Shown: positions 30,621 through 40,688 of the stretch, piece after piece
How positions within the stretch are numbered: the first letter of the stretch is position 1
How the letters are laid out: each line of letters begins with the position of its first letter
NCBI GenBank assembly: GCA_963674825.1
Contig: OY771587.1
Coordinates: 576,001 to 640,000, forward strand
From: Candidatus Cloacimonadales bacterium
GTDB taxonomy: Bacteria > Cloacimonadota > Cloacimonadia > Cloacimonadales > JAIOQZ01
DNA length: 64,000 nucleotides
Direction of reading: 5' to 3'
Notes under the pieces: generated by a model
What the model saw: only the letters and a program-made list of their open reading frames with translations
The model's database searches: none
Told to the model about the DNA's origin: nothing
Made by a program: the position numbers and the translations under genes

Positions 30621-32729
30621 TCAATCCCCGTCATCCTCAGGGTACTCGATGCGCATACTGTAAACGCCCTTCAGGATGGGCAACATGTAGCTCTTAACCG
30701 TCTCCAGCTCTTTCAGTGTTATCGGTGCATCCTTCAGCTGTCCGTCGCGGATCAAGCGCACGATGGTATCGTCGAGCACCTTCACGATAGCATCACCGGT
30801 AGGCTGTTTTAGCGACTTGGTCGTCGATTCCACAATATCCGCAATCATGACCAACGCTGCTTCCTTGCTCTGCGGTAGTGGCCCATAGTAGGTGAACTTA
30901 CGGTCATCTACGGTCGGATTAAGTTTTCGCGCCTTATCCAGGAAAAACCGGATGTGGCTGGTCCCGTGATGCTGCTTAATGATATCGATGATCGCGTTTG
31001 GAAGGCCGTGACGCCGCGCCATGCTGATACCGTTGGCCACATGCTCGCGGATCATCACAGAGCTTTCCTCCGGCTCCATATTGTTGTGAATTTCTACCGA
31101 CTGCGCGCTGTTTTCGATAAACAAACGCGGATTATCAACTTTACCGATATCGTGGTAATAGCTTCCCACGCGTGCCAGAAGCGAATCTGCTCCGATCGCA
31201 TCTGCCGCACTTTCGGCGAGGTTTCCCACAATCAGCGAATGCGAGTAAGTACCGGGCGCTTTCTCGGCGAGTTTCTTGAGCAGCGGGTTGTTGAAATCGA
31301 GCAGGTCAAGTAGAACCTGGCGGGTTGCCATCTTCAACCTGCGCTGCACAAACGGCGTGATGAAAATCACGATCAACACCGAAACGAGTGCAGAGATGGA
31401 ACCATAAAGAATCTGCTTGGCGAGCTGCTCCCAATCGCTACTGCGAATCATGAAACTACCTGCGGCAATAACCACATAGGGTATGGCCAGATTGAAGAAA
31501 AGCACCGGCATCGCGAACTTGGTGCGAACTTTTTTCAATGCCAGTAGCGCGCCCAGAATCGCCAGCGTCATGGTCAGCGGGTGGTTGAATTGCCAGCCGT
31601 TGAACTCCGCGACGAACACCATCTGGTAGAAGTTGTAAATGAACGCGATATTGGGATTGAAAATGGTCGCGACGAAAAGCGGTCCAAACGCCAGCGGAAC
31701 CAGCAATTCGCTCAGCCCTGCCACGCGTTTGAAGACCAGCGTTATTATCACCGTGATCAGAATCGTTGCCTGCATGATCACAAGCCGCGTGGTCGATTTC
31801 ATTTCAACCGGGAAATACGCCTTGAGGATCATGAAGAACGAGAACATGACGAACAGGTTAAAGATGCAGATTCCCACGGACGACGCGTAGGCATTAATTT
31901 TCTGCGATACGCCTGCTTTGCCCTCGGTTGCCGGCATGGCGATGAGCTTCTGGTAGTCAGACTCTGTGATGCGCTGGTTCTTGCTAATGATTTTCTCGTT
32001 CTTGAGGACCTGCGCGACAACGTTACTCACGCTGTCCATGGCCTCCTGACGCATTTTGTCGGTTGTCTTCACATCTTCTACAATGTTGGATGTAAGAACT
32101 TGATCCAGTATTTCGATGACCGCACGTTGCTGAACGAGATTGCGAATCTTCTGTGCGATCTTTTCCTTGGCCTCGCTCAGCGAGTAGAGTTTGCGGAGCG
32201 TGTAGTTCTTCACCTCGTTATTACGTAGTAACTCGATGGTTTCTTCAGGGTAGTCATCTGAGTATATACCGATCTTGAGTGCTCGATGGATGTGATTGGT
32301 GAGGAAATTCATCAGCGAAGAGCGATTGAGCTGCGATTCGAGATATGTGATCGAATCGAGCGACAATGCGTAGCCGTCTTCAGCAAGTTGCGTCTGGACT
32401 TCCTCGGCTGACTTTTTGCCGTCGAAGATCTCGTTTAGGAGCACAAAAACCGAATCGAGTTTCTTCAGGATATCGAAATTGGTACGTTCGTCGATGTGAT
32501 AGATTTGCTTGACGTTGCTCGAAGCTGCTTCGCGTTCCGCTCTGAGCTGGGCTTCATCTTTGTAAACGGTATAGGAAAAGGGCGCGATGATATCCCGATC
32601 GGCGACCTGGCCGATGCGGATATCACGGAACATGGAAACGGATTCTCCCGGCTTGAACAGCAGATACATTGCCGATAACAGGCATGCAACACCGAGAATA
32701 AGGAGAATCTGTATTTGAGCTTTCTTCAT
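30621..32729 (-). CDS. 7TM-HD phosphohydrolase (PgpH-like, putative c-di-AMP phosphodiesterase)
   Basis: Extracytoplasmic domain, 7 TM helices, APGTYSHS, YYHDIGK, QHHGT, Y.GP.PQSKE, MIADIVE; upstream of ybeY. Confidence 0.9.
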   Translation of the reverse strand: MKKAQIQILLILGVACLLSAMYLLFKPGESVSMFRDIRIGQVADRDIIAPFSYTVYKDEAQLRAEREAASSNVKQIYHIDERTNFDILKKLDSVFVLLNEIFDGKKSAEEVQTQLAEDGYALSLDSITYLESQLNRSSLMNFLTNHIHRALKIGIYSDDYPEETIELLRNNEVKNYTLRKLYSLSEAKEKIAQKIRNLVQQRAVIEILDQVLTSNIVEDVKTTDKMRQEAMDSVSNVVAQVLKNEKIISKNQRITESDYQKLIAMPATEGKAGVSQKINAYASSVGICIFNLFVMFSFFMILKAYFPVEMKSTTRLVIMQATILITVIITLVFKRVAGLSELLVPLAFGPLFVATIFNPNIAFIYNFYQMVFVAEFNGWQFNHPLTMTLAILGALLALKKVRTKFAMPVLFFNLAIPYVVIAAGSFMIRSSDWEQLAKQILYGSISALVSVLIVIFITPFVQRRLKMATRQVLLDLLDFNNPLLKKLAEKAPGTYSHSLIVGNLAESAADAIGADSLLARVGSYYHDIGKVDNPRLFIENSAQSVEIHNNMEPEESSVMIREHVANGISMARRHGLPNAIIDIIKQHHGTSHIRFFLDKARKLNPTVDDRKFTYYGPLPQSKEAALVMIADIVESTTKSLKQPTGDAIVKVLDDTIVRLIRDGQLKDAPITLKELETVKSYMLPILKGVYSMRIEYPEDDGD

Positions 32730-32770
32730 AAAAAGAAAAAGGGAGCCTCCCAACATTGGAGAGGCTCTCT
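32730..32770 (-). terminator. Intrinsic terminator after the LysM gene
   Basis: GAGCCTC...GAGGCTC stem with A-run on the + strand, ending at the next start codon. Confidence 0.8.
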
Positions 32771-32793
32771 CAATATCTTTGTTACATGATCGT

Positions 32794-33675
32794 TTAGCGA
32801 GGAATCGAGAAGACCTGATTCGGGTAGATCAGGTTCGGATCTTTGATCTTGTCCTGGTTTTCACGGTAGATGCGCGGCCATTCGCTGCCTTTGCCGTAAA
32901 TCTCGGGATAAGAAGCGATCTTCCAGAGGCTCTCGCCTTTCCAGACCTTCCAGTCGTACGGCTTGCCGCGCGGGATGTTAAGGATCTGGTCTGCGTAGAT
33001 CACGTTCGGGTCTTTGATTCTGTCGCGGTTTGCGCGATAGATGATACCCCATTTGGAGGCATCGTTGTAGATGAAGCTGTAGCCGGAGATCTTCGCAAGG
33101 CTGTCACCGGTTTTGACGGTGTATTCGTCTTCGAAGTATTTCGGCTTGGCGCGCTCGAGGTTGGCTTCCAGACCGGCAATGCGATTGTCCAGGTCGGAGA
33201 ATTCGTTACGAAGGTCGGGCATCTTGCCGAACTTGGAGGCGCGATACTCGTTGTACTCGGTAACCATTTCCTTGATTGCGCTCTTGGCTTCCCACAGCTG
33301 AGAATCAGACAGCTGATCCCAGTTGTCGATCTTGGAGCCGTAGTAGCTGATTTTACGACGGATCTGCGGAAGGTCCGCTGCGCTCACGCCGAGATAATCA
33401 TAGATTTCCTGCTTTACATTCTGGTATTCGGTGTCTTTCGCTGAAATCTGTGCTTGCAGTCCGGCGATGTCGTTTTCATAACCTTCCGCGCGTGCAACGG
33501 CATCAGCCTTGCGCTGTTGAAGGGTTTCCATTTCCTTTACCAGATTATCATTGTACGCCTGGCGTTCTTTGCTGGAAAGCTCTTTGTACTCTTCTTCACT
33601 CAAGTAGGTGAATTCAGCGAAAAGCATCGGAGCCAGCATGCAAAATACGAATATTGTGAGTATGTACTTTTTCAT
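32794..33675 (-). CDS. Secreted coiled-coil protein with two C-terminal LysM domains
   Basis: Signal peptide, coiled coil; YTVKTGDSLAKIS...IYRANRD.IKDPN and VWKGESLWKIA...IYRENQD.IKDPNLIYP. Confidence 0.92.
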   Translation of the reverse strand: MKKYILTIFVFCMLAPMLFAEFTYLSEEEYKELSSKERQAYNDNLVKEMETLQQRKADAVARAEGYENDIAGLQAQISAKDTEYQNVKQEIYDYLGVSAADLPQIRRKISYYGSKIDNWDQLSDSQLWEAKSAIKEMVTEYNEYRASKFGKMPDLRNEFSDLDNRIAGLEANLERAKPKYFEDEYTVKTGDSLAKISGYSFIYNDASKWGIIYRANRDRIKDPNVIYADQILNIPRGKPYDWKVWKGESLWKIASYPEIYGKGSEWPRIYRENQDKIKDPNLIYPNQVFSIPR

Positions 33676-33687
33676 GTCGTCCCTCCT

Positions 33688-33942
33688 TTAATTTCCTTCC
33701 GCCTTGAGTTCTTGCTGATATTCCTTCATGCTGTCCAGTTCGGACGTCTTGGTTGCAAGCTCATCACGAAGTGAATTTCTCTGCTTCTCAAGTTGAGTCG
33801 CTCTTGCTTCCGCATCCTGCGCTTCCTGTACGGCAGTCCCATATTGGTCCTGCGTAACGGGCGGCGGTGGAGCTGCACAGGCGGAAAGCAACAACGTAAG
33901 CATTAATACGGCAATCATTGCTACGGTAATTGTACGAACCAT
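33688..33942 (-). CDS. Small coiled-coil lipoprotein
   Basis: AAAGGAG SD, lipobox LSAC, Pro linker, heptad coiled coil. Confidence 0.85.
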   Translation of the reverse strand: MVRTITVAMIAVLMLTLLLSACAAPPPPVTQDQYGTAVQEAQDAEARATQLEKQRNSLRDELATKTSELDSMKEYQQELKAEGN

Positions 33943-34213
33943 GTTCACCACTCCTTTGTTGTATTATTCGTTTCGACAATTCAATCATTTTCATCTTTGC
34001 TGTCAAGCGAAACCTATCAAGATTGATCACATTGTTTTTAACGTATTCACAAGGCCATCGTTTCACCCTCGATTTTTCCAAACCGCCTACACATCCCTAT
34101 CGCATTCAGAACTGAACGATCATTCATATTATGAGTTGTGTTCATTTTTCCTTTACAATTTTCGATCCCAACCAACTATTTGACGCTGTAAATTACATTA
34201 TACTGGAGGATTA

Positions 34214-35521
34214 ATGCGTATTAATAACCGTGCCTTTTGGACTGTAATGATCTCTTTGATCACAATTGCGGCGCTCTCCGCAAACGGGCTCAGCCTCAAC
34301 AGCGTTGGAGCGCGGCCTTTCGGTATGGGTGGAACCGGTGTTTCGCTCAACGACGACGTAACTGCCATTCACTGGAATCCCTCCGGCCTCGCCGGACAGG
34401 GCACCAAGCTCAGCCTCGGTATCACCGACATCATGCTGCTCGGAGATTACCAGTATAAAAACGATAGCTATATGATCGATGTGGATGGAACCACAGAAAC
34501 CAACCACTATCTGAATCCGAATATCTTCTTCAATTACGGAATGGACCGGATGTCACTTGGTCTCGGTATCTACGGAATCGCCGGTATCGGCGCTGAGTGG
34601 AACGGAGACGACCTCGCTGATTTCAACGGTCCCGACCAGTATCCCGATGGTAACGGTGGTTACTACACCAACCTCGTCGCCGGCAAAAAGTTCCAGTGGG
34701 AAAGTATGCTCGGTGTGATGAACATTTCTCCCGCGTTTGCATACAAGATCAACGAGAGATTCTCCGTCGGCGTCGCCGGTTGTATCTACTGGGGAACCAT
34801 GACCATGGATCGCGGTGAGGACATGATTAATAACTACTCAGGTGTTGGTGGCAGCGACGGTATGATCGATACCCAGTATTCAGACGACCTTGAAGGAATT
34901 GGCTACGGCGCCGCATTCGGCGTGACCCTCACCCCGATGGACGACTTCAACGTCGGCCTTACTTACAAGACCCCGGTGAAAGTCAAATTCGAAGGCGACG
35001 GCACCATGAACACCCTTGGCAACAAGACCGATGTCGATGTCGAGCGAGAAATTACATGGCCGATGTGGATTGGTCTTGGTACATCCTACAAGATCATGGA
35101 TGACCTGTTATTCGCATTTGACCTTCAGTACACAAACTGGGCAGAGATCGACACTCTCGAGACAACCCTTACCATTGGTGGTCAGGATATGACCGAAAAA
35201 ACTCCGATGGAATGGGAAGACTGCATCCAGATCCGCTTCGGTGCCGAATACACCATCAACGAGATGTTCAAAGCGCGCCTCGGCTACTACTACGACCCGG
35301 CTCCTGCTCCGGATGAGACAGCAACCATTCTTTTCCCGTCCGCTACCTACAACGGCGTTACCTGCGGTTTCGGTTACACGATGGGGAAATTCAGTGCGGA
35401 CTTCGGTCTCGAATACCTCATGGGCGATGAGCGCGATATTGATTCTTCCGGCCACAACAACCCCGGAACTCAGCAATTCGATATCTTCAGTTACACGCTT
35501 GGTGTAGGATATCAGTTCTAA
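34214..35521 (+). CDS. FadL/TodX-family outer-membrane transporter
   Basis: NGL.L...GAR..GMGG, WNPSGL, R.GYYYDP.P.P, C-terminal YQF. Confidence 0.9.
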   Translation: MRINNRAFWTVMISLITIAALSANGLSLNSVGARPFGMGGTGVSLNDDVTAIHWNPSGLAGQGTKLSLGITDIMLLGDYQYKNDSYMIDVDGTTETNHYLNPNIFFNYGMDRMSLGLGIYGIAGIGAEWNGDDLADFNGPDQYPDGNGGYYTNLVAGKKFQWESMLGVMNISPAFAYKINERFSVGVAGCIYWGTMTMDRGEDMINNYSGVGGSDGMIDTQYSDDLEGIGYGAAFGVTLTPMDDFNVGLTYKTPVKVKFEGDGTMNTLGNKTDVDVEREITWPMWIGLGTSYKIMDDLLFAFDLQYTNWAEIDTLETTLTIGGQDMTEKTPMEWEDCIQIRFGAEYTINEMFKARLGYYYDPAPAPDETATILFPSATYNGVTCGFGYTMGKFSADFGLEYLMGDERDIDSSGHNNPGTQQFDIFSYTLGVGYQF

Positions 35522-35550
35522 TTGATTCTGCGTAGTACGTAAGGATTTGT

Positions 35551-35575
35551 GGGCTCTCGGAAACGGGAGCCTTTT
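35551..35575 (+). terminator. Intrinsic terminator after the FadL-like gene
   Basis: GGCTCTCG-GAAA-CGGGAGCC-TTTT. Confidence 0.8.
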
Positions 35576-35576
35576 A

Positions 35577-35817
35577 AATTGATAGTGAACAATGGATAAT
35601 GAATAATGAGGAGACAATCGCTTCCGGTAGATCGCACATGGAATGGAGTAGTATAGCCTTGTTCTGAATCAATCATACTAGCCTTTACCCAGAGACGCTT
35701 TTCCCAATCTCTCCCATTGTTATCACTCTGTTCTACAAACCGTTACCGGCAGATTGATACTCTTACCAATCTCTCAATTATTCAATATCCACTTTCAATT
35801 ATCAATTATCAATTGAT
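35577..35817. repeat. Two degenerate heptamer arrays in inverted orientation (35577-35614 and 35770-35817)
   Basis: AATTGAT/AGTGAAC/AATGGAT/AATGAAT on the left; (AATTATC)n-like units on the right. Confidence 0.6.
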
Positions 35818-37885
35818 TTAGGTTGTTCATCGCTTCCTGGTAGTCCGGCGCGATTCGGAGGGCTTCGACAAAGCACTGCCTCGCCTGATCACGTTGTCCT
35901 AACTGGAACAGGATCACTCCCATGTTGTTCAGTGCATCTACCGAATACGAGTGCAGTTCGTATACTTTCTGGAAGCTGATCAGCGCCATACGTATATCAC
36001 CACGGTGAAATGCGATCTCACCCAGCCCAAGCACCGACCGAAAATCATCCGGTTTGATCATCAACGCCTGCTGGTAACATTGCTCCGCCATGTCGAGCTG
36101 ACCATTCTGCTTGAAGAGATCACCCTGAAGCCGCGAAATCGTCGCCTTATCCAGATCGGAGCGCGCATCGTAGCGTTGGAGGAATTCCACGCGGTTCGCA
36201 GTTTCCGAATAACGCAGCAGGAGCTCGTTGTCAGGAATCCTCTTCAGATGTTCAACATCGCCCGTGCGCAACCAGCGATCGATAGACACCTCTCGCCAAA
36301 CGGCTTCGTTTCTTCTGTATATGGGAATAACCTCGACCTTCATCCCCACCTTGATCTCGACCTGATGAATTGCCGTGTACGAAACCGGAAGCATGGCTTG
36401 CAGCTTCTGCATGGACCAGTCGTCCCGCGCGGTAATGCCCTGCATGAAGACAACCCACACCGGTGGTTCTTCGTGCAGTTTGTTCATCATGACGTCCATC
36501 ATCGGCTGTTTCATGATTGTACCAGCAGGATAGATATGGGTAAAGCGTATATCCGGGATCTTCACACCCGCGTAGAGGTAGAGGCTCGGGATATTCCCCC
36601 ACACCAGCATGGTGTCGTCGTTTCCTGCGTGCTGACGGATGTATTCGCCGATCGGCTTCGCAGCCGCGAAATAGCCGTTGAAGCGGTCGTTGTAATTTGC
36701 CAGCCGGTAGCGTTCTTCTTTTTGCATGCTCCGTGCGACAATCACGACCATCGTCACAATCTGCCACAATACCGCGACTGCCAACGCTATAAACGCCGGA
36801 TGATGCCAGTCGAGCGCCATAAAGACCTTCATCATGCCCATCGCAGAGAGCAGCGCTACCGGAGCCCACACCATCAGGTATCGGCTGGGCAGGTGCGTCT
36901 TCTGCACTATAATAAGCAGCCACAGAACCAGCGTGGAAGAAAACAGCGCGATGGAAAGCCAGTCGCAAGTAGCAATGCCCAAGACGATCTCGGTGAGTGC
37001 TAACAGAAGCACGACCGGGATAGTTTTCAGCACGGGAACGACCATCTTTCTCATCTGATCGAGCTGCTGTTGGAAGGTTATCTGCATGATTCCGGAAACG
37101 TAGTCTGCGCCCATGCGATGGTCATCAGTAACGGTCCAGCTTACCAGCTTACCCAGCCATCTGGGACATGTTGCGCCACCGCAATAGCCAGCGATCAGTC
37201 GGACAAAGAAGCCGATCGTCTCCTTGATGTAGATCATCTTCACGCGAACCGAGATAAATAATATCGGCAGCGCGTAGAGCAGCACAAATCCAACCCAGAA
37301 TGCTCCGAAAGCAATTAGCGACATCATGAAGATCGACACAACCAGGCTGATCAGAAAAGCCGGCACCAGCGCGATGATTTTGATTTGCATCGCCCATGCG
37401 GAGAAGAGCCCGGACACTATCAGCAACCAGAGATTATTGGTCTGCACCGCGGCGATGGCAAACATAGTACTTACGATCACGGGAAGGATCAGAAACACCT
37501 CGCCGTAGGTGACTGCCGCACGGGAATCCGGCAGCAGAAACATGAACAGAAATGCAACACCCGTGATGCCTGCGGTGATGGGATTGCCGGTGAGTTGCCA
37601 GCTCAAGGCGTAAAACAGCGCGACGGTCAGCGCATACCAGAATGCCTTGATAACGTAAAGCTTGCTGACCTCTTTCCCGGGGAACATTGCGCACAGAGCG
37701 CGGAAAAATCCTTGTATCTTAAAGAATCCGCCACCAGCCATCTTGCGGACATACCAGTCCATGTCCAGATGCTTGAACATCGCGAAATAAAACCAGTTGC
37801 CGTCGTCGCAGTAGAGCGGCTTGTGGCGCATGGGAAGCAGCAAAATGAAGGAGATCAGAAACAGGATGATGCCAGCAATGATCAT
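35795..37885 (-). CDS. Polytopic GT-C (ArnT/PMT-like) glycosyltransferase with C-terminal TPRs
   Basis: PLYCDDGNW acidic loop after TM1, many TM helices, TMLVWG...LY, TPRs (ALNNMGVILFQLG). Confidence 0.7.
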   Translation of the reverse strand: MIIAGIILFLISFILLLPMRHKPLYCDDGNWFYFAMFKHLDMDWYVRKMAGGGFFKIQGFFRALCAMFPGKEVSKLYVIKAFWYALTVALFYALSWQLTGNPITAGITGVAFLFMFLLPDSRAAVTYGEVFLILPVIVSTMFAIAAVQTNNLWLLIVSGLFSAWAMQIKIIALVPAFLISLVVSIFMMSLIAFGAFWVGFVLLYALPILFISVRVKMIYIKETIGFFVRLIAGYCGGATCPRWLGKLVSWTVTDDHRMGADYVSGIMQITFQQQLDQMRKMVVPVLKTIPVVLLLALTEIVLGIATCDWLSIALFSSTLVLWLLIIVQKTHLPSRYLMVWAPVALLSAMGMMKVFMALDWHHPAFIALAVAVLWQIVTMVVIVARSMQKEERYRLANYNDRFNGYFAAAKPIGEYIRQHAGNDDTMLVWGNIPSLYLYAGVKIPDIRFTHIYPAGTIMKQPMMDVMMNKLHEEPPVWVVFMQGITARDDWSMQKLQAMLPVSYTAIHQVEIKVGMKVEVIPIYRRNEAVWREVSIDRWLRTGDVEHLKRIPDNELLLRYSETANRVEFLQRYDARSDLDKATISRLQGDLFKQNGQLDMAEQCYQQALMIKPDDFRSVLGLGEIAFHRGDIRMALISFQKVYELHSYSVDALNNMGVILFQLGQRDQARQCFVEALRIAPDYQEAMNNLNQLIIDN

Positions 37886-39069
37886 TGCTTCCTCCGAATC
37901 TTATCCACGAAACGATCGATGCATTTCACGGCGTAATTCTCGTGGTACCACTGCGAGCCCTGCCGGCCCCAATCCCGCATCTGATCCGGGTTGTGCAACC
38001 ACGATTCCAGCGCGGAGGTGATGTCCTCTACTGTGTGTGCCTGTAGCCATGGGTAGTCGGTCACGCCCGGAATCTGCTTTGTGCCCGGCTTGACGTAGTG
38101 GATGAGTGGTTTGCCCATGGCAAGCGCTTCATATACGGTTCCACCGCCAGGATGCCCGGTAACGAATTGACCGGTCCCGATATCGCAGAGCGAAAGCGCG
38201 ACCATGATCTCCTTGCGCGGCATCAGCTCGAACCAGTGAATGTTGTCCGCAACGCCAAGTTCAGCAGCCAGCTTCCGGCTATTGGGAGCATCGACGCCGT
38301 AATCGAAGGTAATCATTCCGCATCGCAGGTCGGGGTGCTTTTTGCTGAAGGCGGCAAAGGCGCGAATTAGCCGGTCGTTGCCCTTGTTGGACGCGGGATC
38401 GACCCACGTTTTCCAGATGTGCCGCGAGTTGTGCAGGATCAAGAGGTCATATTGCTCGCGTACTTTCATAAACTGCTCGTAGTACAGCGACTGTCCGTAA
38501 TGTTCTGCGATCCGGTCGCAGGAGAACACGCTATCGTAGATGAATGGATTATGGATGAAGTCGATCTTGTCGGCGATTCCGAGCTTGCGGATCATCTTCT
38601 GGTTGAAAGCCGGCACCGGATGCCAGTTGATACTGACCGCGTTCTGGATACCCTTTTTCTGCGCGATGTGGAAGGGCAGATTGAGGATGTTCATCGTGGT
38701 ATCAACCGGGGATTTCCGCCACACGAACGGCAATAGATACATATCGTCACCATGCGGAGAGATCAGGTCGACACGCCTTCCGGCCTTGTGGATAAACGCC
38801 GGCGCCGTATTGCAGGCGATTAGAAAGTCGTAGGGATCGAGGTCGCTGGCAATCTGCTTCGCCGATACCCGCTGATAAAAATACTGGATCCCCCAGTTGA
38901 GCTGGCGCGTGTAGGCCTGATAGCTCAAATCGAAGCTATCGTATGACGGATGAAAGTGCGGCGACTCGTACTGCAACAAGAGCAGCTCCGCGTCGATCCC
39001 TCGATCACGCAGGTACCTGACCAGCGTGAAGAAATTATTGTTCATGTTACCGATGCATGCGACTTTCAT
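37882..39069 (-). CDS. GT4-like glycosyltransferase
   Basis: KGNDRLIRAF, EALAMGKP. Confidence 0.85.
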   Translation of the reverse strand: MKVACIGNMNNNFFTLVRYLRDRGIDAELLLLQYESPHFHPSYDSFDLSYQAYTRQLNWGIQYFYQRVSAKQIASDLDPYDFLIACNTAPAFIHKAGRRVDLISPHGDDMYLLPFVWRKSPVDTTMNILNLPFHIAQKKGIQNAVSINWHPVPAFNQKMIRKLGIADKIDFIHNPFIYDSVFSCDRIAEHYGQSLYYEQFMKVREQYDLLILHNSRHIWKTWVDPASNKGNDRLIRAFAAFSKKHPDLRCGMITFDYGVDAPNSRKLAAELGVADNIHWFELMPRKEIMVALSLCDIGTGQFVTGHPGGGTVYEALAMGKPLIHYVKPGTKQIPGVTDYPWLQAHTVEDITSALESWLHNPDQMRDWGRQGSQWYHENYAVKCIDRFVDKIRRKQ

Positions 39070-39278
39070 TACTCAATACCTTTTATCCATTCAGCCTAGA
39101 AATACACACCTATAGCCAGAAATCGATCACTCCGCCCGAAAGATTCGTTCGATCGCGAGCGTAGCTGTGGTGTTCCGCGACTTAAATCCGTGTTCGATAG
39201 CCAGAAAGTCGCGGTATATCCACTGCGGAGCGAGAGATCGGGCGAAGATACGGACGGATGACATAGAAGTCTCCTGCC

Positions 39279-40688
39279 CTACACCATCCTCTTCAGGAAG
39301 TTCACAAAATCACCCGTCAGCAGCAGGAAGAAGCGCTTCCAGCCGATCTTGGTGTAACCACAGGCCAATTCCCGTACGAAGTTAACCAATTCCAGCACCT
39401 TTGAAATCTTGGCCGCGAAATCCGCCGCGTCGTGCGAGCGATAGATACACGGCAGAAGCATACCTTTTTTGAAGCGGTCGTTGTGGATAAGCGTCTGGAT
39501 CATCCCAAGGTAACTTTCAAGGTCGATCTGCTCCATCTGATGGCAGTCCTGCCAGATCTGCTCGCCGATTGGAGTCCCGAGAAGAGGTGCGTAGAGCCTG
39601 AAGTGAACCGACAGATTACGGTGTCGAATAAGAAGCGGAATCACCCGTTTAAGCTCCTCTTTTACATACTTGCGGTCCAGCGGACGATCATGAGAGGCAG
39701 TCAGGCCCAGCATGACATTTCCCGCAAACATGATGTTGTGCTGCTTTCCGTAGGCGACCATATCTTCCAGATGCTCCATGGAGTAATCCTTGTGGATGCG
39801 CTTTCGTTCTTCGGCGTCAAGCGCTTCCAATCCGAAGAAAATTCGCTTTACGCCCGCAGCAGCTAACAGGTCGATATGCTCTATACTCATGTCGCGAACC
39901 ATCACGTCGATGAAATTCGCCAACTTCAGATCGGTGCGGTTCGCCATCAGACGCAGTACTTCTTTTCCGTACTCCTCGTCCACGAATATATTATGATCCT
40001 TGGGCAGGATAACCTCGACCCCCAGTTCGTTCACCAGGAAATCAAGCTCCTCTTTGACCCGATCCAGCGTCTTGATCATGCCGCCACCATACTTCGCCCA
40101 GCAATGGTTGAAGCAGAAGCGGCACTTGTTGTTGCAGTGATATGAAAAATAGTACGTGGTGATGACCACGCCCTTGAGGTCGACCACGTACATGGTGGCA
40201 CGATCCTTCACGAAGCTCATTCCGCGTTCCAGAGAAAAATCCTGCGGTAGCACGTCCGGGTGATGCACGGTTATAACACGATCTGACTCGGGCAACTTGT
40301 CCCATCCATCGAACGCCCACGGATAACCGATCAGAATATGGTCGAACATCTTTTTCGGCTCGAAAAGCTGCGGCGAGAGCGTTGGAAGGTAGCCGCCCAC
40401 CACAATGCGCATGTTCGGTCGGACTCGTTTGAGAATCTCCGCGCATTTCAGCAGCAGGAAAGTGTTCTCCGGTCGTATCCACTCCTGTTGCCATAGAATC
40501 GCGACAGTATCGTCACCGACATCGTCGAAACCTTGTAGCACGAAGTCATGATAGTGTTTCTTCTCGGAGATTTTGACGATGCGAATATTCTCGGTAGAAA
40601 ACCGTGTGCTGAGGAAATCAGCCGTGTAGAGCATCGTCTCCGGCAGGATCGACATGCCGGTAAGGTCGATCAAAAGATAATCAAGCAT
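39279..40688 (-). CDS. B12-binding-domain radical SAM protein
   Basis: IVVGGYLPTL, CNNKCRFC (CxxxCxxC), FFGLE, PLLGTP. Confidence 0.88.
   Translation of the reverse strand: MLDYLLIDLTGMSILPETMLYTADFLSTRFSTENIRIVKISEKKHYHDFVLQGFDDVGDDTVAILWQQEWIRPENTFLLLKCAEILKRVRPNMRIVVGGYLPTLSPQLFEPKKMFDHILIGYPWAFDGWDKLPESDRVITVHHPDVLPQDFSLERGMSFVKDRATMYVVDLKGVVITTYYFSYHCNNKCRFCFNHCWAKYGGGMIKTLDRVKEELDFLVNELGVEVILPKDHNIFVDEEYGKEVLRLMANRTDLKLANFIDVMVRDMSIEHIDLLAAAGVKRIFFGLEALDAEERKRIHKDYSMEHLEDMVAYGKQHNIMFAGNVMLGLTASHDRPLDRKYVKEELKRVIPLLIRHRNLSVHFRLYAPLLGTPIGEQIWQDCHQMEQIDLESYLGMIQTLIHNDRFKKGMLLPCIYRSHDAADFAAKISKVLELVNFVRELACGYTKIGWKRFFLLLTGDFVNFLKRMV

Noticed and set aside
34180..34204. TTGACG/TATACT promoter and TGTAA-A-TTACA palindrome before the FadL-like gene
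   Set aside because: The spacer is only 13 nt and the palindrome is short and AT-rich; insufficient support.
39096..39281. Pyrrolysine/amber read-through of the radical SAM gene (frame open ~60 codons after TAG)
   Set aside because: No pyl genes in the window, the in-frame extension is not protein-like, and the other frames are similarly open.
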